Origin: Stegostoma tigrinum
Taxonomy: Eukaryota
Length of the DNA stretch: 64,000 nt
Direction of reading: 5' to 3'
Assembly: GCF_030684315.1 (NCBI RefSeq)
Contig: NC_081391.1
Location: forward strand, 14,237,342 to 14,301,341
Positions 23,591-37,160 of this stretch are shown here, piece by piece. The notes under the pieces were generated by a model. That model was not told where the DNA came from. It saw nothing but the letters and a program-made list of their open reading frames with translations, and did not search any database. The first letter of the stretch is position 1. Each line of letters starts with the position of its first letter. The translations under genes were made by a program, and so were the position numbers.

Positions 23591-26500
23591 ATGGCCTCCC
23601 AGATTAGTCAAAACTATCACCAGGATTGTGAAGCTGCTGTCAACAAGCAGATTAATGTGGAGCTCACTGCCTCCTATCTCTATCAGTCTTTGGTGAGTGT
23701 TGTGTTTGTGAGGTTAAAATTCAATCTATTGTTCTGAAGTGAGCTATTTCCCTTGTAGATTGTGTTTCATATCTCTTACCTATTGAACACATCAGGAGAA
23801 ATGTGATGTTATCATATCAGTGGGCTATGATCCTGATGTACAGTCATGGTGGACCCTGTTGGTCTTCAATGATCTCTGGAGGGTGAAGTGTTTTTTTTGA
23901 CTTAATTCAAAATTCCCTGCTAAGACTATGCCTGGCAGTAATTGTCACTCCCTCACTAAGATTATCAAAAAGTCATCTAATTTCTGAAGGAACTGGAATA
24001 ACCATTGGCTAGTTACTGGCTTCTGTTTTTCACTTCTTGCTTTCTGTTTATTTAGTGATGCATGTCATTGAACAACATGCTGACTTAGTCTAGTAGTAAG
24101 GCATTGTGGTAGTTCTTTCCAATTAACCAAATCTGATCTGACACAGCCTTCAGGGTTTGGGTGTGACTGTTACCAGCTCAAATAGGCCTTGTTGGGGGCC
24201 TACTGGGCTTTGTGATCATTATTGAGATGGGTGTGGCCCTTCCCATAACACTTGACACGAAGTTGATCTGCTGTGGTGTGTGAAGTGAGACGCTGGTGCT
24301 TCTGGAATGTGCTGAAGGTATTGCCCCAGTGACAGTGATGAAATGGATTGTTCCCAGACCAACTATCCTGGTCCTGAAACACACTGGCCCCTTAGACCAG
24401 GTGGCAGAGTGCCTGTGCCTGTCTAAGGGGTAGAATGTGTTTGGAAGTTGTGTTGAAGTAACCTTGGTGAGTGCTGCAGGGGACCTGGTAGATAATGGAC
24501 CCTGAAAGGAGGTGGTGAATGTAGTCCCCATGAAGTGGGCTACTCTGTCCTGGATGGTGTCTGCTTCTTGCAGCTCCCCTTCTACAGACACAGGGGGAAT
24601 ATTCATCTCTCTCTGGGCTTGTGCCTATGGGAAGGAAGTTGCCCTGATGTAAGGATGGAGTCAGTATAACCTCCATTTGGGAGGTGGGAACAGCTTTTAC
24701 TGGTGAACCAGTTGGGGTTTAATCACTGGCCAGTGTCCCAGCACAACAGGGAATTGTGTACCAATCAATAAGTCCCCACTATTCTGTCTTCTGCAACTTT
24801 GAGCTACCCAATTAAACCATACTTTTTTGCCTCACTTTGTATTTGAGGGTTGAAGTAGCTTTTCCCACCAGGTTGCCAGCAGTGTGTTTACTGGTGACAT
24901 TATCCATAGAACAAGAGTTGATCTAGAGATCAATTGTCTGTCTCCAACATTTGACTTTTCTTCAGTTTGTTCTTACAATTTGTTTTATCGGTGTGATTCT
25001 TGTTTGCAAGCTTCTGGATGTGAGTGCACTCAATAAACAGGTGTGTAATAGCCTTCTGCGGCCACAATCCAAAGGCTGTAACTGGGCAGGCTTTCCTCAC
25101 CAGAATCTTGGTGCCACTTTCTCCTCCATGCTGCAGACAGCATGTCCTTAGCGCTAAAATATATGGTACATCTAATGCCATTAGTCTTGTGGTTGCACAA
25201 CTTGCTTCCTCCTGATTGTCCTGTTCGAGTAGTGCTCAACATCTCTATTAAGAGATACCAAGGTCGGGAGATGTTTGAGCGCAGCAGGCCAAACAGGAAA
25301 TCTGACACTATGGGCTAACATTTGTTTGCCACCTTCTCCCCAAAGGAGAAATGCAGTGCCTTGCAGCTGCCCCACCCTGAGTCCATTCTGCATATCAGCT
25401 CCTGGCACTCGGTTAAAATGTTAGTCCATCCCTAGTTTCATTCAATCCTGATGAGTGTTCAACAAAGGAAACATGAATTCAAGTTTACTCTCTTAATGCT
25501 GTGCCAGACCCCCTGAGCATTGTACTGTGTATCTTAAACCAAAACACATGGTATGCACATCCTCCCTGGAGGACGCTGGGTTTGTTCAGATTGATCCCGT
25601 TCAAGGATCATCTGGCTAATTGGACAACACTAGGTTCATGACCACAGTAATGTACCAGGACATAACAGCTCGTGGCATTCTGGATCAAACTGACAATTCT
25701 AAACCAGCCATCAATTTCTGAGATCTACAACTGGCTCCAGTGGAGCATTTAATGGGATTTGACATGTTCTCTCTTCCAGATGTCCTATTTTGACCGGGAT
25801 GACGTTGCCCTCCCCCATTTCTCCCGCTTCTTCAAAGATCAGTCCCAGGAGAAGCGGGAACATGCAGAAAAGCTGCTGAAATTCCAGAATCGGCGTGGAG
25901 GCCGAGTCCTCCTCCAGGATGTGAAGGTTGGAGTTTGGTTTGGGTGAGGGTGGGTGGTGACAGGTGAAAAATGTCAGCTCTCATGGTGAGGTTGCAAGTC
26001 AGTGACGAGGACTTCACATCCTGATGGGAAGTGACAAATATGTTCTTCTGTTTGGGTTCCCTGTGTCCTGACTCTCTGAATTCAACAAATCACAGAAACA
26101 AGCCCTTTGCCCAACATGTCTATGCTGACCCACCAAATGACATTTTGCTGCACTTGGTCTACAGGCTACTCTGCCCTGGCATGAAGTACTTGGCTAGATG
26201 TTGCTAGAGTGGCTGTCTCATCCATATTTCTACCATCCTCTGGTCGGGTTTGGGGCAGGGGTGAGGGAGGACACTTCCTCAAACCTGTGCCCTCTGGTCT
26301 TGGTGCCTGCCATGGCAAAGACCTCTGTCCTTCCATCTTCCAACTGCCTCAGCCTCACAACCTCCAAGGAAAATCCCAGCTTCTGGAACCTGTCTTCAAT
26401 GGATTTTCAGTCTTGAGGCAACATCCAGTATTCCTCACCTGCAGCCCTTCCAGTGCCATCCTGTCCCTCGGATTTGGGGTTCTGGTCACCACCCTGCATT

Positions 26501-28344
26501 CTGTCCTTGGCCTGGCTCATGTTGCAAAGCTTGGTACAAGACTGAGCTCTATACTGTGCCCCAACTGAAGGGGACAAGCATCATGTCAGCCACCTTCACC
26601 AGCCTGTCTACCTTCACTGAGCCTTGAGCTATCTGTGGTCTGGATGTTGTTATCTTAGTTCCTTTTATTCTAAAAGCTTTGCTGGCCCTTCAATGAACTA
26701 AGTTGCAGTGATGTTTCTCATCCTCCTCATGAGGAGGAGGACATGGCCTCGCGGTATTATTGATGAACTGCTAGTCAGACCCAGGCCATGTTATCCAGTC
26801 GCATGTTTGAATCCTGCCACGGCAGGTGGAGTTTTGACTCCACTTAAATAATCTGGAAATAAGAACCGAATGATGACCATGAATCCATTGATTGTCAGAA
26901 ACTCATGAGGCTCAATATCCTTGTTTAGGGAAGTAAATTTTATCTCGTCTGAACTACATGTGACTCCACACACAGCAATGTGGTTGACTCTTTATTGCCC
27001 TCTGCAGAATTAGGGATGGGCAATACATGTTGCCTGGTCAGCAAGCCCTCTCCAAATCCCACCAATAAAGGGGACATGGAATGCTGCCATCAGCACAGGT
27101 GGGACTTCACCCTGGGCCTTGTGCTCCAGATGCAGGGACACTACCATGGTACCACAAAAGGCCTTGGGAATTAGGGTGTGACTGTCCCGCTTGGAATTCC
27201 ATCAGAGGGACACCAGTACAAACCACTTTGTGCCAATTTAATCCTCCCCACAATGACCTGTTCCTGAGCTTCATGCTTCAGATCCAGGATAAACAGCAAA
27301 GTGAAAGCAATTCAAATAACTGTTCCTCATCTGGGCTTCAGCGACAGAATCGTTGCTCAGTGGTTCGCACTGCTGCCTCAGTGCCAGGGACACAGGTTGG
27401 ATCTGGTCTCTGGTGGCTGTTTGGAACTTACACACCCACCCTCCATGGGTTACCTCCCACAGTCCAATGATCGCCAACTCGAACCTGGATATGGGAAATG
27501 CAGACCCACATGAAAAAGGTGAGTGGAATTGGGTGGGATACTAAGGTAGTAGTTGGTCTCAATGGGCTGAATGGCCTGCTGCAGGAATGCTGTTGCTGAA
27601 GCTTACCTGTCCTTCTTCCTCTCTTCCAGAAGCCAGAGAGGGATGAGTGGGGTAACAGCCTGCAGGCAATGCAGGTTGCCCTGGATCTGGAGAAAAATGT
27701 GAACCAGAGTTTGCTGGATCTACACCAACTTGCCACTGCCCAGACTGACCCTCATGTAAGTTTATCACCTCATTCTCATCGCCGCTAGACACTCAGGGCA
27801 ACACCTCATTGGTTGGTCTTTGTGTGGTGTGGAAATTCACTGCTGTAACACTTAGCCTGGCTGACATTGGGCCTGAAGTGATCATGCTGAGGGTCTGTTC
27901 AGCAGTTGTTTAAAATGGGAATTTGGATTATTATCTGGAAGGAGCGTTGAACTGATACTGGCCACTGAATTCTCGTTTAGTATCATTGTCTGTCAAAATC
28001 CACTTCCACTCCATTTCACAAACAGCAAGATGGAGCAGCTGAAATCCTCTTGTCCTCACTGGCACAAATTCTCCAGGTGCTGGCTTGATTTTTCAAGGCT
28101 GTTGAGAGCGGCTATGGTGAAATAATTTGCAGTGGGAATTCTGAAGTTGTCTTTAATAGTGATCGCAATTTCTCTTCTTCCATTGCAGCTGTGTGACTTC
28201 TTGGAGACTCAATATTTGGATGAGGAGGTGAGGATCATCAAGCAACTCGGGGACTACATCACCAACCTGAAGCGCCTGGGAGCCCCTGAGAATGGGATGG
28301 GAGAGTACCTGTTTGACAGGCTCTTCCTGGAGGACAGCAGTTAG
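23591..28344 (+). CDS. Ferritin subunit, copy F4 (intact, 176 aa)
   Basis: Exons 23591-23692, 25780-25926, 27630-27755 and 28189-28344, with canonical splice sites. Variants include [20 protein letters not shown] and [15 protein letters not shown] at 28472-28477. Confidence 0.95.
26735..27060 (+). mobile_element. Deu-domain (SacSINE1-like) SINE in intron 2 of F4
   Basis: Motifs CTACATGTGACTCCA...CACAGCAATGTGGTTGACTCT...GCCCTCTG...AATTAGGGATGGGCAATA resemble the recalled shark DeuSINE consensus. Only the head survives in F2 (about 9165-9205). Confidence 0.6.
27340..27590 (+). mobile_element. Degenerate HE1-like SINE in intron 2 of F4
   Basis: GCTCAGTGGTTCGCACTGCTGCCTCAGTGCCAGGGAC head and GGGCTGAATGGCCTG tail. 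Confidence 0.6.
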
Positions 28345-29844
28345 TGTGGCCTGGAGTACTGTCTGCTTGGTCTGAATGCATTCCCCACTTCACACTGGCC
28401 AACCTGTCTCCTTCCAGGGAGAAGGCGCTTGTAGCAAAGAATGTAATGGCTGTACCAGCTGAATGGGAATGAATAAAATGATGTGTTGATCTTGCCTGTT
28501 GTCCATCATTCAGAGACCTGTATAATTTTGGTAGTTATTCTGAAAGATTGAAGCATTTCAGTTTTCTACTGTTTCACTGGCTGTTCAAATTCTTAATTGG
28601 GCTAAACATTTCCTTGTTTCTACGCTCAATCCAATCCATACTCTGTCAGACAGGGATACCAAGAGCAAGTCGCTCTGACCTATCAAATCAATGATATTCC
28701 TCCAACCGGAACTTGAGGATATTGGGTTTGACGGGTGCAACTTGCTCTTCACTGTTTTCTGTTTTTTTGTCAAAAAAAATTACACTTCTGGATGCGATGT
28801 ATACATTGGCAGGAAAAAAAAACTCCCTTTTTGGGAAAGGGAGTTCTCCTGCTCTGCCTAAGGGAAGAGGAGACACCCAGTCTCAGGATTATCTGACAGT
28901 CCTCTTTCCACATTCAGCTTGTCTGTCAAAAGCTTTTGCTCACCCCTCCCCCTACTAAATGGTACTAGCACCCTCAATATTCACCTGCAGGTGTGGCTTT
29001 GGGTTATTGGGATGAGCTAAGGTTCAAACCAACCTTGGGACATGTACTATTGGTGGTGGGGGGTTTTTTCCCTGTTTTTTCCTTCCCCACTCACCCACCT
29101 GCCGTGAGCAATTGGGGATGTTGGCCAGCTCGTGCCTCCTTTGTCTGAGATAAATATGCTGGTCCTACTGGCCACTTTGATTCACTACCCACTGCAATCA
29201 GGGAGTCAATCCCCTGTCGGGGCATGTTTCCAATAAACAACCCCAAGTTGTCCTGATGTGGCTTGTTCATTCCTCTCTTCTTTGCCTGTTTATAGGATTC
29301 TCTCCAACAAACAGCCACTTCAGAATCAGCACGTTGTCTCATTGCCACCTACAGCAGGAGAGGAGTGGCCTGGGAATAACACAGCAACACTCATGGTTAC
29401 ATGCTGCTGTTTGATTGGCTCTTGCTGCTACAGTCAGCATTCAGCTGCTCCCTACGTTCCTCTGAGCTTCCCCTGTGCTGCACGTTGCCTTGACCCAGTG
29501 ATGGTGAACGAGCAGTGATTTCTGTTCAACTTGGGAATGGTGTGACTGAGGGAGGAAACCTGGAGCTGCATACCATCCTGTACGGCTGTTTACTTTATCG
29601 TTCGAGCTGTCACAAATTCTGGGGATTACCTCTGATTTTCGCAGCTCCTGTGCAATGTAGCCTTTGTAGAGGGCATGGTTCTTATGTGACTGAACATATC
29701 TGTTACATGACAGAAATCCTTTTAATTTGGAGCAATCTTAATTCTTGTCAATAAGTCCCTATTGTCCAGGAAGCAGCCATTTGGCCAGTGCAGCGTCGAC
29801 ACTCTACACCCCATCCTGTTCAGACCCACTCCATTCCCTTAACA

Positions 29845-30410
29845 CTGGTTCCCATGGCTAATTCAGCTAGCCCCTTGTCATTCAGCAATTTAGTGTTGCC
29901 GATCCACTTAACCTGAAAATTGTTGGACCGTGGGCGAAAACTGGAGAACCTGGGAGACACGGGGAGAAAATGCAAACTCCAGACAGACAGTTCCCGAAGG
30001 CTGTAATGGAACGTAGGACCTTGTCACTGGGAGGTAACCGTGCTAACCACTGAGCCACTATCACACCCTATTGGACCAAACAAAGGAATATGCTGTTGCA
30101 GACTATGAGAGTCACAGAGGCATACAGCATAGAAACAGGCCCTTCAGCCCAGCCTGTCCACGCCGACCACGTTTCCACTACTGAACAAGTCCCACTTGCC
30201 CACGTTTTGCCCATATTCCTCCAAACCAAATCTGTAAATGGAAACATCTCCATGTATCTTCAATGTTATAATTGTAAACACTTCTACCACTTCCTCTGGC
30301 AGCTCATGCCATACACACACCATTGTCTCAGTGAAAATGTCCCTTTTAAATCTTTCCCCTCTCCCCTCTCCTCTCAAACCGATGCCATCTAGTTTTGGAC
30401 TCCCCTACTC
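29845..30410 (-). mobile_element. Spacer module: HE1-like SINE plus CR1 3'-end fragment
   Basis: ORF 30144-30377 (RGERFKRD...VWHELPEEVVEV) and the SINE head GTGGCTCAGTGGTTAGCAC on the minus strand near 30040-30060. Confidence 0.72.
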
Positions 30411-31524
30411 TGTCCCAGCATGCTTTTTATATACAGTCAATCTCGAGTGTGCCAATGGCAAGGCTACATTTAGTGCTCAGCAACTGTTACACTTCAGGAG
30501 GTGGTGATGAGCTGCTTATGACAGTCCACCTGGTGTCGGAGAGACCGGAATGATGCTGCTGCTGCTGCTGAGGAGGGGCTTCTGAGAGTTTCATTCGCAA
30601 ACACTGATATTGTTCCAAGTCAGGATGGTGACAGAGTTACATGGAGCTGCTTGACTGTTGCTGGGTCTACATGCAATCAGAAAATTGTACAGTGTTCCAT
30701 CACACTTCCTAACTTCAGTCTTCTCGATAGTGGGCAGGCTTTGGGAAGTCAGGAGTTCAGCAATTCACAACAGAATTTCCAGCCTCGGGCAATTGAAATC
30801 AGCATTGAAACTTGTGGGTCAATCCAATCAGATAGTGCTAGATTGCAATCTGCTTCTGAACCTGGGAGGCCAGTTGCTCAGCTCCACAATCTAGACAATG
30901 CAATGTAAACAGAACCAGAAACTCTCACTTGGAAACACGCTTCAATTGAGGGCTGGTTCTGTTTTGAAAAATTAAAAACTGCACATGGAGATAGAAGTGT
31001 TCAACGTGCGATACATTTCCTGCAGCAATTCAGTTGGAAGGCCTGAGGCCGACTGTGTACCTGAAGCACTCAGCACATTTAGCATTTTGGTTTTCAAACC
31101 GTGCTTCCTCAGACCCAAGTCCAAACAGATCACAGTAGATACAGAATGAATCCACAAAGTAGATTGTTTTTCTGTATTAAATGGTCAAAAAGCATATGAA
31201 TTCTGTTGATGCACAGCAATGGGAAAATTTTACTGTCAACAAAATCTAGTCATTTTTCAATGGGCTACAAATCTGTGATTCAAAAGGTACAAAGACTAAT
31301 CCCTCAGAGTCACAAACCGACAGAATTCAGCAAATCTGTGATGAGCGTGTCTTAACACATAACCTCAGATACAAAGGTAAAGGTTCAGAGTCTATTTTGT
31401 TCTCATTTTCAGGGAGATGTCCTTCCAGAATTTGTATTTATGCTGGAGGTCAAAGGTCATTCAGCAATTCCATCATCGACCAGTTGTCAATTCTGATCGG
31501 TTTCTGGATCCAATTCCCATCCTG

Positions 31525-31632
31525 CACTGATTGGACGTGGCAGCTGATCAATTGATTAACAAGAGTGATTGGCCATCACTGATGATGCCATTTCCTGCTT
31601 CATAAAATGAGAGTCTGCTCCTGGAGTATAAG
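31525..31632 (+). promoter_or_regulatory. Putative core promoter of F5
   Basis: Same block, with the CRE-like site changed to TGATGCCA and TATAAG at 31627. Confidence 0.6.
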
Positions 31633-31731
31633 TAATGCCCCAAGGAGGTTATGTTTTCTTGTCTTGTTGATCTTGGTTCTAAATTGGTCACTTTTGTAGT
31701 GAAGAGAGTCAAACAAACTCCTCATCACAAG

Positions 31732-34700
31732 ATGGCCTCCCAGATTAGTCAGAATTACCACCAGGATTGTGAAGCTGCTGTCAACAAGCAGATTAATGTG
31801 GAGCTCACTGCCTCCTATCTCTATCAGTCTTTGGTGAGTGTTGCCTCTCAGGGGTTTAACATTTAAACTATCATGTCAAAGTGACTGGTTTCCCTTGTTT
31901 CTAACTAACCTGATATTCTTGTACACTGACTGCAGTTGTTCTTAACTGAACTGCAATTCAGGATGAATGTGATGTTTCCATAGCAATGGGCTATGGGACT
32001 GATGCCCCACTTGGCCTGCAGTGACACATTGAGGTGAAGTGTTCTTGGTGTTCTCAGACTCCCTTAGACTGTTGTGACTGGCAGTAACTGTTACTCCCTC
32101 ATTAGGGTTGTTGGAAGTGAAGGTTTGTTAGGCCTGTTCCTGGGGTCGCATGATCTAGTGTATTGGTGCTACTGGAATGTCTGGAGATTTTTCACTCCAT
32201 AACAGTGAAGAAATGGAGATTCTGCTCTCATGCTGGCCCTATTTGAAACTGGCCTCTTTCGTCAGTTGGTGCTGTGCCTGTGACCACCTGAAAAATAGTC
32301 TCATTTGTAGGTGAGAGAGATAATATTAAGTGCAGATGCAGGAGAATCTGTTTATAACAAGGTGTTGAGCAAGAATAACAGCAGGCCAAGTGGCACTTTA
32401 GAAGCAGGGAAGCTCCTGTTTCAGGACTGAAGGGTCTAGGCCGGCAACATGAGCTTTCCTGCACTGAAGATGCCACTTGGCTGGCTGTGTTGTTCCAGCT
32501 CTAAACCTTGTTATCTTGGATTTATGTATGCAAGGTGTTATTCTTTTTTCAGTGAGGGAAAACATCATGCCTTGTGAATGCCTCATGTTTGTTTTTTATC
32601 CTCCAGTAGGATTGACTGTAGAACAGTACAGGCCCTTCAGCCCTCGCCGTTGTGCTGACCTGTCATACCGATCTGAAGCCCATCTAACCTACACTATTCC
32701 ATGTGCTCATCTAATGATGACTTAAATGTACCTCAAGTTGGCGAATCTACAACCATTGCAGGCAAAGCATTCCATTCCATTCCCTTCCTACACTCAGTAA
32801 AGAAACTACCTTTTGACATCTGTCCTATATCTTCCACCCCTCAGTTTAAAGGTAGGCCCCCTCGTGCTTGCCGTCACCATCCTAGGAAAAAGCCTTTCCC
32901 TATCTAACCCTCTGAATATTTTGTCTCAATTAAGTCTCCTCTCAACGTTCATCTCTCTCTGTTGAAAACAGCCTCAAGCCCCTCTGCCTTAACTTGTAAG
33001 ATGTTCCCTCCATACCAGGCAACATCCTAGTAAATCTCCTCTGCACCCTTTCCAAAGCTTCCACATCCTCCTTATAATGCAGTGACCAGAACTGTACGCA
33101 ATACTCAGTGTGGTCAGAGTTTTGTACAGCTGCAGCATAACCTCTTGGTTCCAGAAAACAATCCCTCTATTAATAAAAGCCGAAACACAATGCCTTAACA
33201 GCCCTGTCAACCTGGGTGGCAACTTTCAAGGACCTGTGTACATGGACAATGAGATCTCTTTGCTCATCGACACCACCAAGATTCTTACCATTAGCCCAGT
33301 ACTTTGCTTTCTGGTTACTCCAACAAAGTGCATCACCTTACACTTGGCTGCATTAAACTCCACTTGCCACCCCTCAGCCCAGCTCTGCAGCTTATCTATG
33401 TCTCTCTGCAACCTACAGCATCCTTCGTCATTATCTGCAACTCCACCTTAGTGTCGTCTGCAAATTTACTAACCCATCCTTCTACGCCCTCATCCAGGTC
33501 GTTTATAAAAATGACAAACAGCAGTGGACCCAGCACCGACTCTTGCAGTACACCACTAGTAACCGGTCTCCAGGATGAATGCTTCCCATCAACTACCACC
33601 CTCTGTCTTCTTTCAGCAAGCCAATTTCTGATCCAAACTGCTATATCTCCCATAATCCTATTCCTCTGTATTTTGTACAATAGCCTATTGTGGGGCATGT
33701 TATCGAACACCTTGCTGAAATCCATATACACAACATCAAACAGTTTACACTCATCTACTTGTTTGGTCACCTTCTCAAAGATTGAGGGTCTGAGTGGCCT
33801 AATCCTGTTTGTTCTGATAACAGTTTTTTGTTTCTTTGGTTTTTTAACTTTCTTTAAAAATGAACCAGTGTCTTCAGGATTGCCTCTAATCATTTTGAAC
33901 TGAGTAGAAGCTGTCACTTTGTCACAAGCTCCAACTTCATGTTCAGCATGGAACCAAGTTTAAATCTACATCTGCGTGACTGACTGACCAACACTCGCTT
34001 CTCTCCCATCCCCATATACCAGAGGTTTAACACCTTTATTGAATAGTCAGCCTGATCGGGAAGGCTCGCTTCTTCTCACCACTGAGACTGAACTGTGGCC
34101 AGTCATGTGTTTAATGGGCTTTTGTCTGTTTTCTTTTCCAGATGTCCTACTTTGACCAGGACGATGTTGCCCTCCCCCATTTCTCCAGTTCTTCAAACAT
34201 CAGTCCCAGGAGAAGCAGGAACATGCAGAGAAGCTGCTGAAATTCCAGAATCAACGTGGAGGCCAAGTCCTCCTCCAGGATGTGAAGGTTGGAGTTGGGA
34301 ATATATGGCTGCTCTTGTCATGTGGCTTCAAGTCATCAGTTGCAGGATGTTTGCCTCCTCTCAGGAGAGTGAAGAGTTCTTTCAGTTTGGTTTCTAAGTT
34401 TCATCTCCTCGAAGTCATGCAGTGTACGGGAAAAGCCACTTGCCCCCCCATAAACAGAACTACACTAATCTGACTTGCTTGCACTTGGTCCACAGATGAC
34501 TATACCCTGGCACTAAGTACATGTCCGGATACTGCTGGAGTTGCTATCGCCACTGCCATCTCTTCCCCTCCCCACCCAGACCACGGTTGAACTCGTATTT
34601 TGATCAGCCTCCTTTTTGGGAATGTGGTTTCCTCCAATTGCCCCTCTATAACCTGCTTACTCCTCAAACCTGTGCTCTCTGGTCTGTCTTCCTCATGACC

Positions 34701-36073
34701 CACATTTCTCCCCATCTCCTGTCCCAACTTCTCTCCGCTAACTGCCTCAGCCTGTTTGTCCTCCAGGGAAAACCCCAGCCAATCCAACACCTCAATGGAT
34801 TTTCCACCTGAGGGACCTTCCTGTCCTTCTGATAGTGGTCCTGTTCACAACACCATTGCTTCTTTGACTTGGCCAAAATTTGAGTGGAAGAAGAAATGGC
34901 TGCCCTTGGGGTGTGGCTTCCATTCATCAGTAACAGGATGATGACATCCTGAAGGCAGGTGCAGGAAGTGAAGTGCTTCTGTCTTTCACCCATTATTCGG
35001 TCTACATCTTGTGCAAGAACTATACTGTCTAAATTCTGCGTGATAAGCTCAAACACGTTCCTTTGTTCCTGGCTTCGGTGAAATCAAACGTTCACTCGGG
35101 TTGAAAGTTCAAGGTCTGCTGCTAATAACGTGGCTGGACTCTTTTTTTTTTTAGTTTTAAAGCAGTTCTGTTTGTACCAAGTACAATCAGACAAGATCCA
35201 TGTGTCTGTGTGCTCCTACCATTAGACATGACGACAATGATTGCTTTCCCTTTACATGAAGGGTCAAGGGTCAATTGTTGAACAAGGGTGCTGCATGTAA
35301 TGGGGAACAGTGAGGTTTGTCCTGGAGCTTAGCTGTCCTTCTTTCCATCCTCAGAAGCCAGAGAGGGATGAGTCGGGTAACAGCCTGCAGGCAATGCAGG
35401 TTGCCCTGGATCTGGAGAAGAATGTGAACCAGAGTTTGCTGGATCTGCACCAACTTGCCACAGCCCAGACTGACCCTCATGTAAGCTTCACCTCTTCATT
35501 CTCATCACTGCTACACCCTCAGGGCAACACCTCATTGATTGGTCTTTGTGGTTTGGAAATTCACTGCTGTAACACTTTGCCTGGATGACATTGGACCTGT
35601 AGTGATCATGCTGAGGATCTGTGTTCAGCAGTTGTTTAAAATGAGAATTTGGATCCTTATCTGGAAGGAGTGTTGAACTGATACTTGCCACTGAATTCTC
35701 ATTTAGTATCATTGTCCATCACAATCCACCTCCACTCCATTTCACAAACAGCAAGATGGAGCAGCTGAAATCCTATTGTCCTCACTGGCACAAATTCTCC
35801 AGGTGCTGGCTTGAGTTTTCAGGGCTGTTGAGAGCAGGTATGGTGAAATGTTTTGCAGTGGGAATTCTGAAGTTGTCTTTAATAGTGATCACAATTTCTC
35901 ATGTTATTCTGTTGCAGCTGTGTGACTTCCTGGAGACCCACTATTTGGATGAGGAGGTGAGGATCATCAAGCAACTTGGGGACTACATCACCAAACTGAA
36001 GCGCCTGGGAGCCCCTGAGAATGGGATGGGAGAGTACCTGTTTGACAGGCTCTTCCTGGAGGACAGCAGTTAG
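31732..36073 (+). pseudogene. Ferritin copy F5, frameshifted in exon 2 (pseudogene or assembly error)
   Basis: Exons 31732-31833, 34142-34287 (146 nt instead of 147), 35355-35480 and 35918-36073. TTCTCCAGTT at 34181-34190 against TTCTCCCAGTT in sister copy F8 gives a premature TGA at 34238-34240. The conserved Trp of DEWG is also changed to Ser (DESG). AATAAA at 36201-36206. Confidence 0.8.
32610..33780 (-). mobile_element. CR1-clade LINE 3' fragment (RT) in intron 1 of F5
   Basis: ORF 33396-33917 contains [23 protein letters not shown] and SKFADDTK. The downstream pieces ([22 protein letters not shown]) are typical of CR1 ORF2. Confidence 0.9.
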
Positions 36074-36574
36074 TGTGGCCTGGAGTACTGTCTGCTTGGT
36101 CTGAATGCATTCCCCACTTCACCCTGGACAATCTGTCTCCTTCCAGGGAGAAGGGGCTTGTAGCAAAGAATGTAATGGCTGTACCAGCTGAATGGAAATG
36201 AATAAAATGATGGTATTGATCTTGCTTATTGTCCCTCATTCAGATTACTAAATATTTTGGGAGATGTCACTTGAGCTTGAAGCCTGTTTATCTTTCTCTA
36301 ATTTGGCTGATCCAATTAGTAAATGGACTCAGCAAAACTTCTAGGTCTTACCCCATCCCCCGAATGTTGGAAAGTAGCAAGATGGAGTTCCTTGTTGTGG
36401 TCCCAAAGAAATTCAAGATATTCTCCTCAAATAGGTTAAGTTGGGGGTTTGTCAATTGTGGGGTGGCCCTTCTTCTGGAGGACAACTGGCACATTTCTGG
36501 CTACGGGCCACTCGGTTCATTAAAATCTGCATTGACACTATGAACAGCATCATGTTCAGATCTTCCCCCCTGCC

Positions 36575-37160
36575 CCCACATTTCCCATGGCTAACTTACC
36601 CAGACTGTATGACCCCTTGTCACTATTGGCAATTTAGCACGGCCAGTACACCTACTCCACATGTTGTTTGACTGTGGTGGAGACTGGAACACGTGAAGGA
36701 AATCCACACAGACATGAGGCAAATGTACGAACTCTGCTCAGACAGTTTTCCCCCAGGCTAGAATCAACCTTGGGCTCCTGGTGTGGTGAGGTAACAGTGC
36801 TAACCGCTGAGGCCCCGTCACCCCCTAAAGTACCAAACAAAGGAGGAGGCTGTTGCAAAGTCAGAGCCATCCATCATGGAAATAGACTCTTAAGCACAAC
36901 ATGTCTTTGCAGACCAGGTTTCCACAAATTGTGTTGTGCCGTTTGCCTACTTTTTGTCCAAATCCCTCTTAAACAGTTAAATATCTCTAAATCGTTCCAT
37001 CCCCTATCAATGTCCAAAGTCATGAGATTGTACCCAAACCTAGTGTTTTCCTTGGCGGCTTGTTCCAGACACGCACCACCCTCTGTGAGAAAACATTGCC
37101 CATCAGTCCCTTTTAAATCTTTCCCCTCAAACCGATGCCCTCTAGTTTTGGACTCCCCTA
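36575..37160 (-). mobile_element. Spacer module: HE1-like SINE plus CR1 3'-end fragment
   Basis: Paralogous to 10505-11090. Confidence 0.65.

Noticed and set aside
31685-31712. GTCACTTTTGTAGTGAAGAG in the class-C leader as an IRE
   Set aside because: The loop would be TAGTGA rather than CAGWGH, and there is no proper five-pair upper stem with a C bulge.
33304-33903. 199-aa + strand ORF
   Set aside because: It is the antisense shadow of the CR1 RT fragment.
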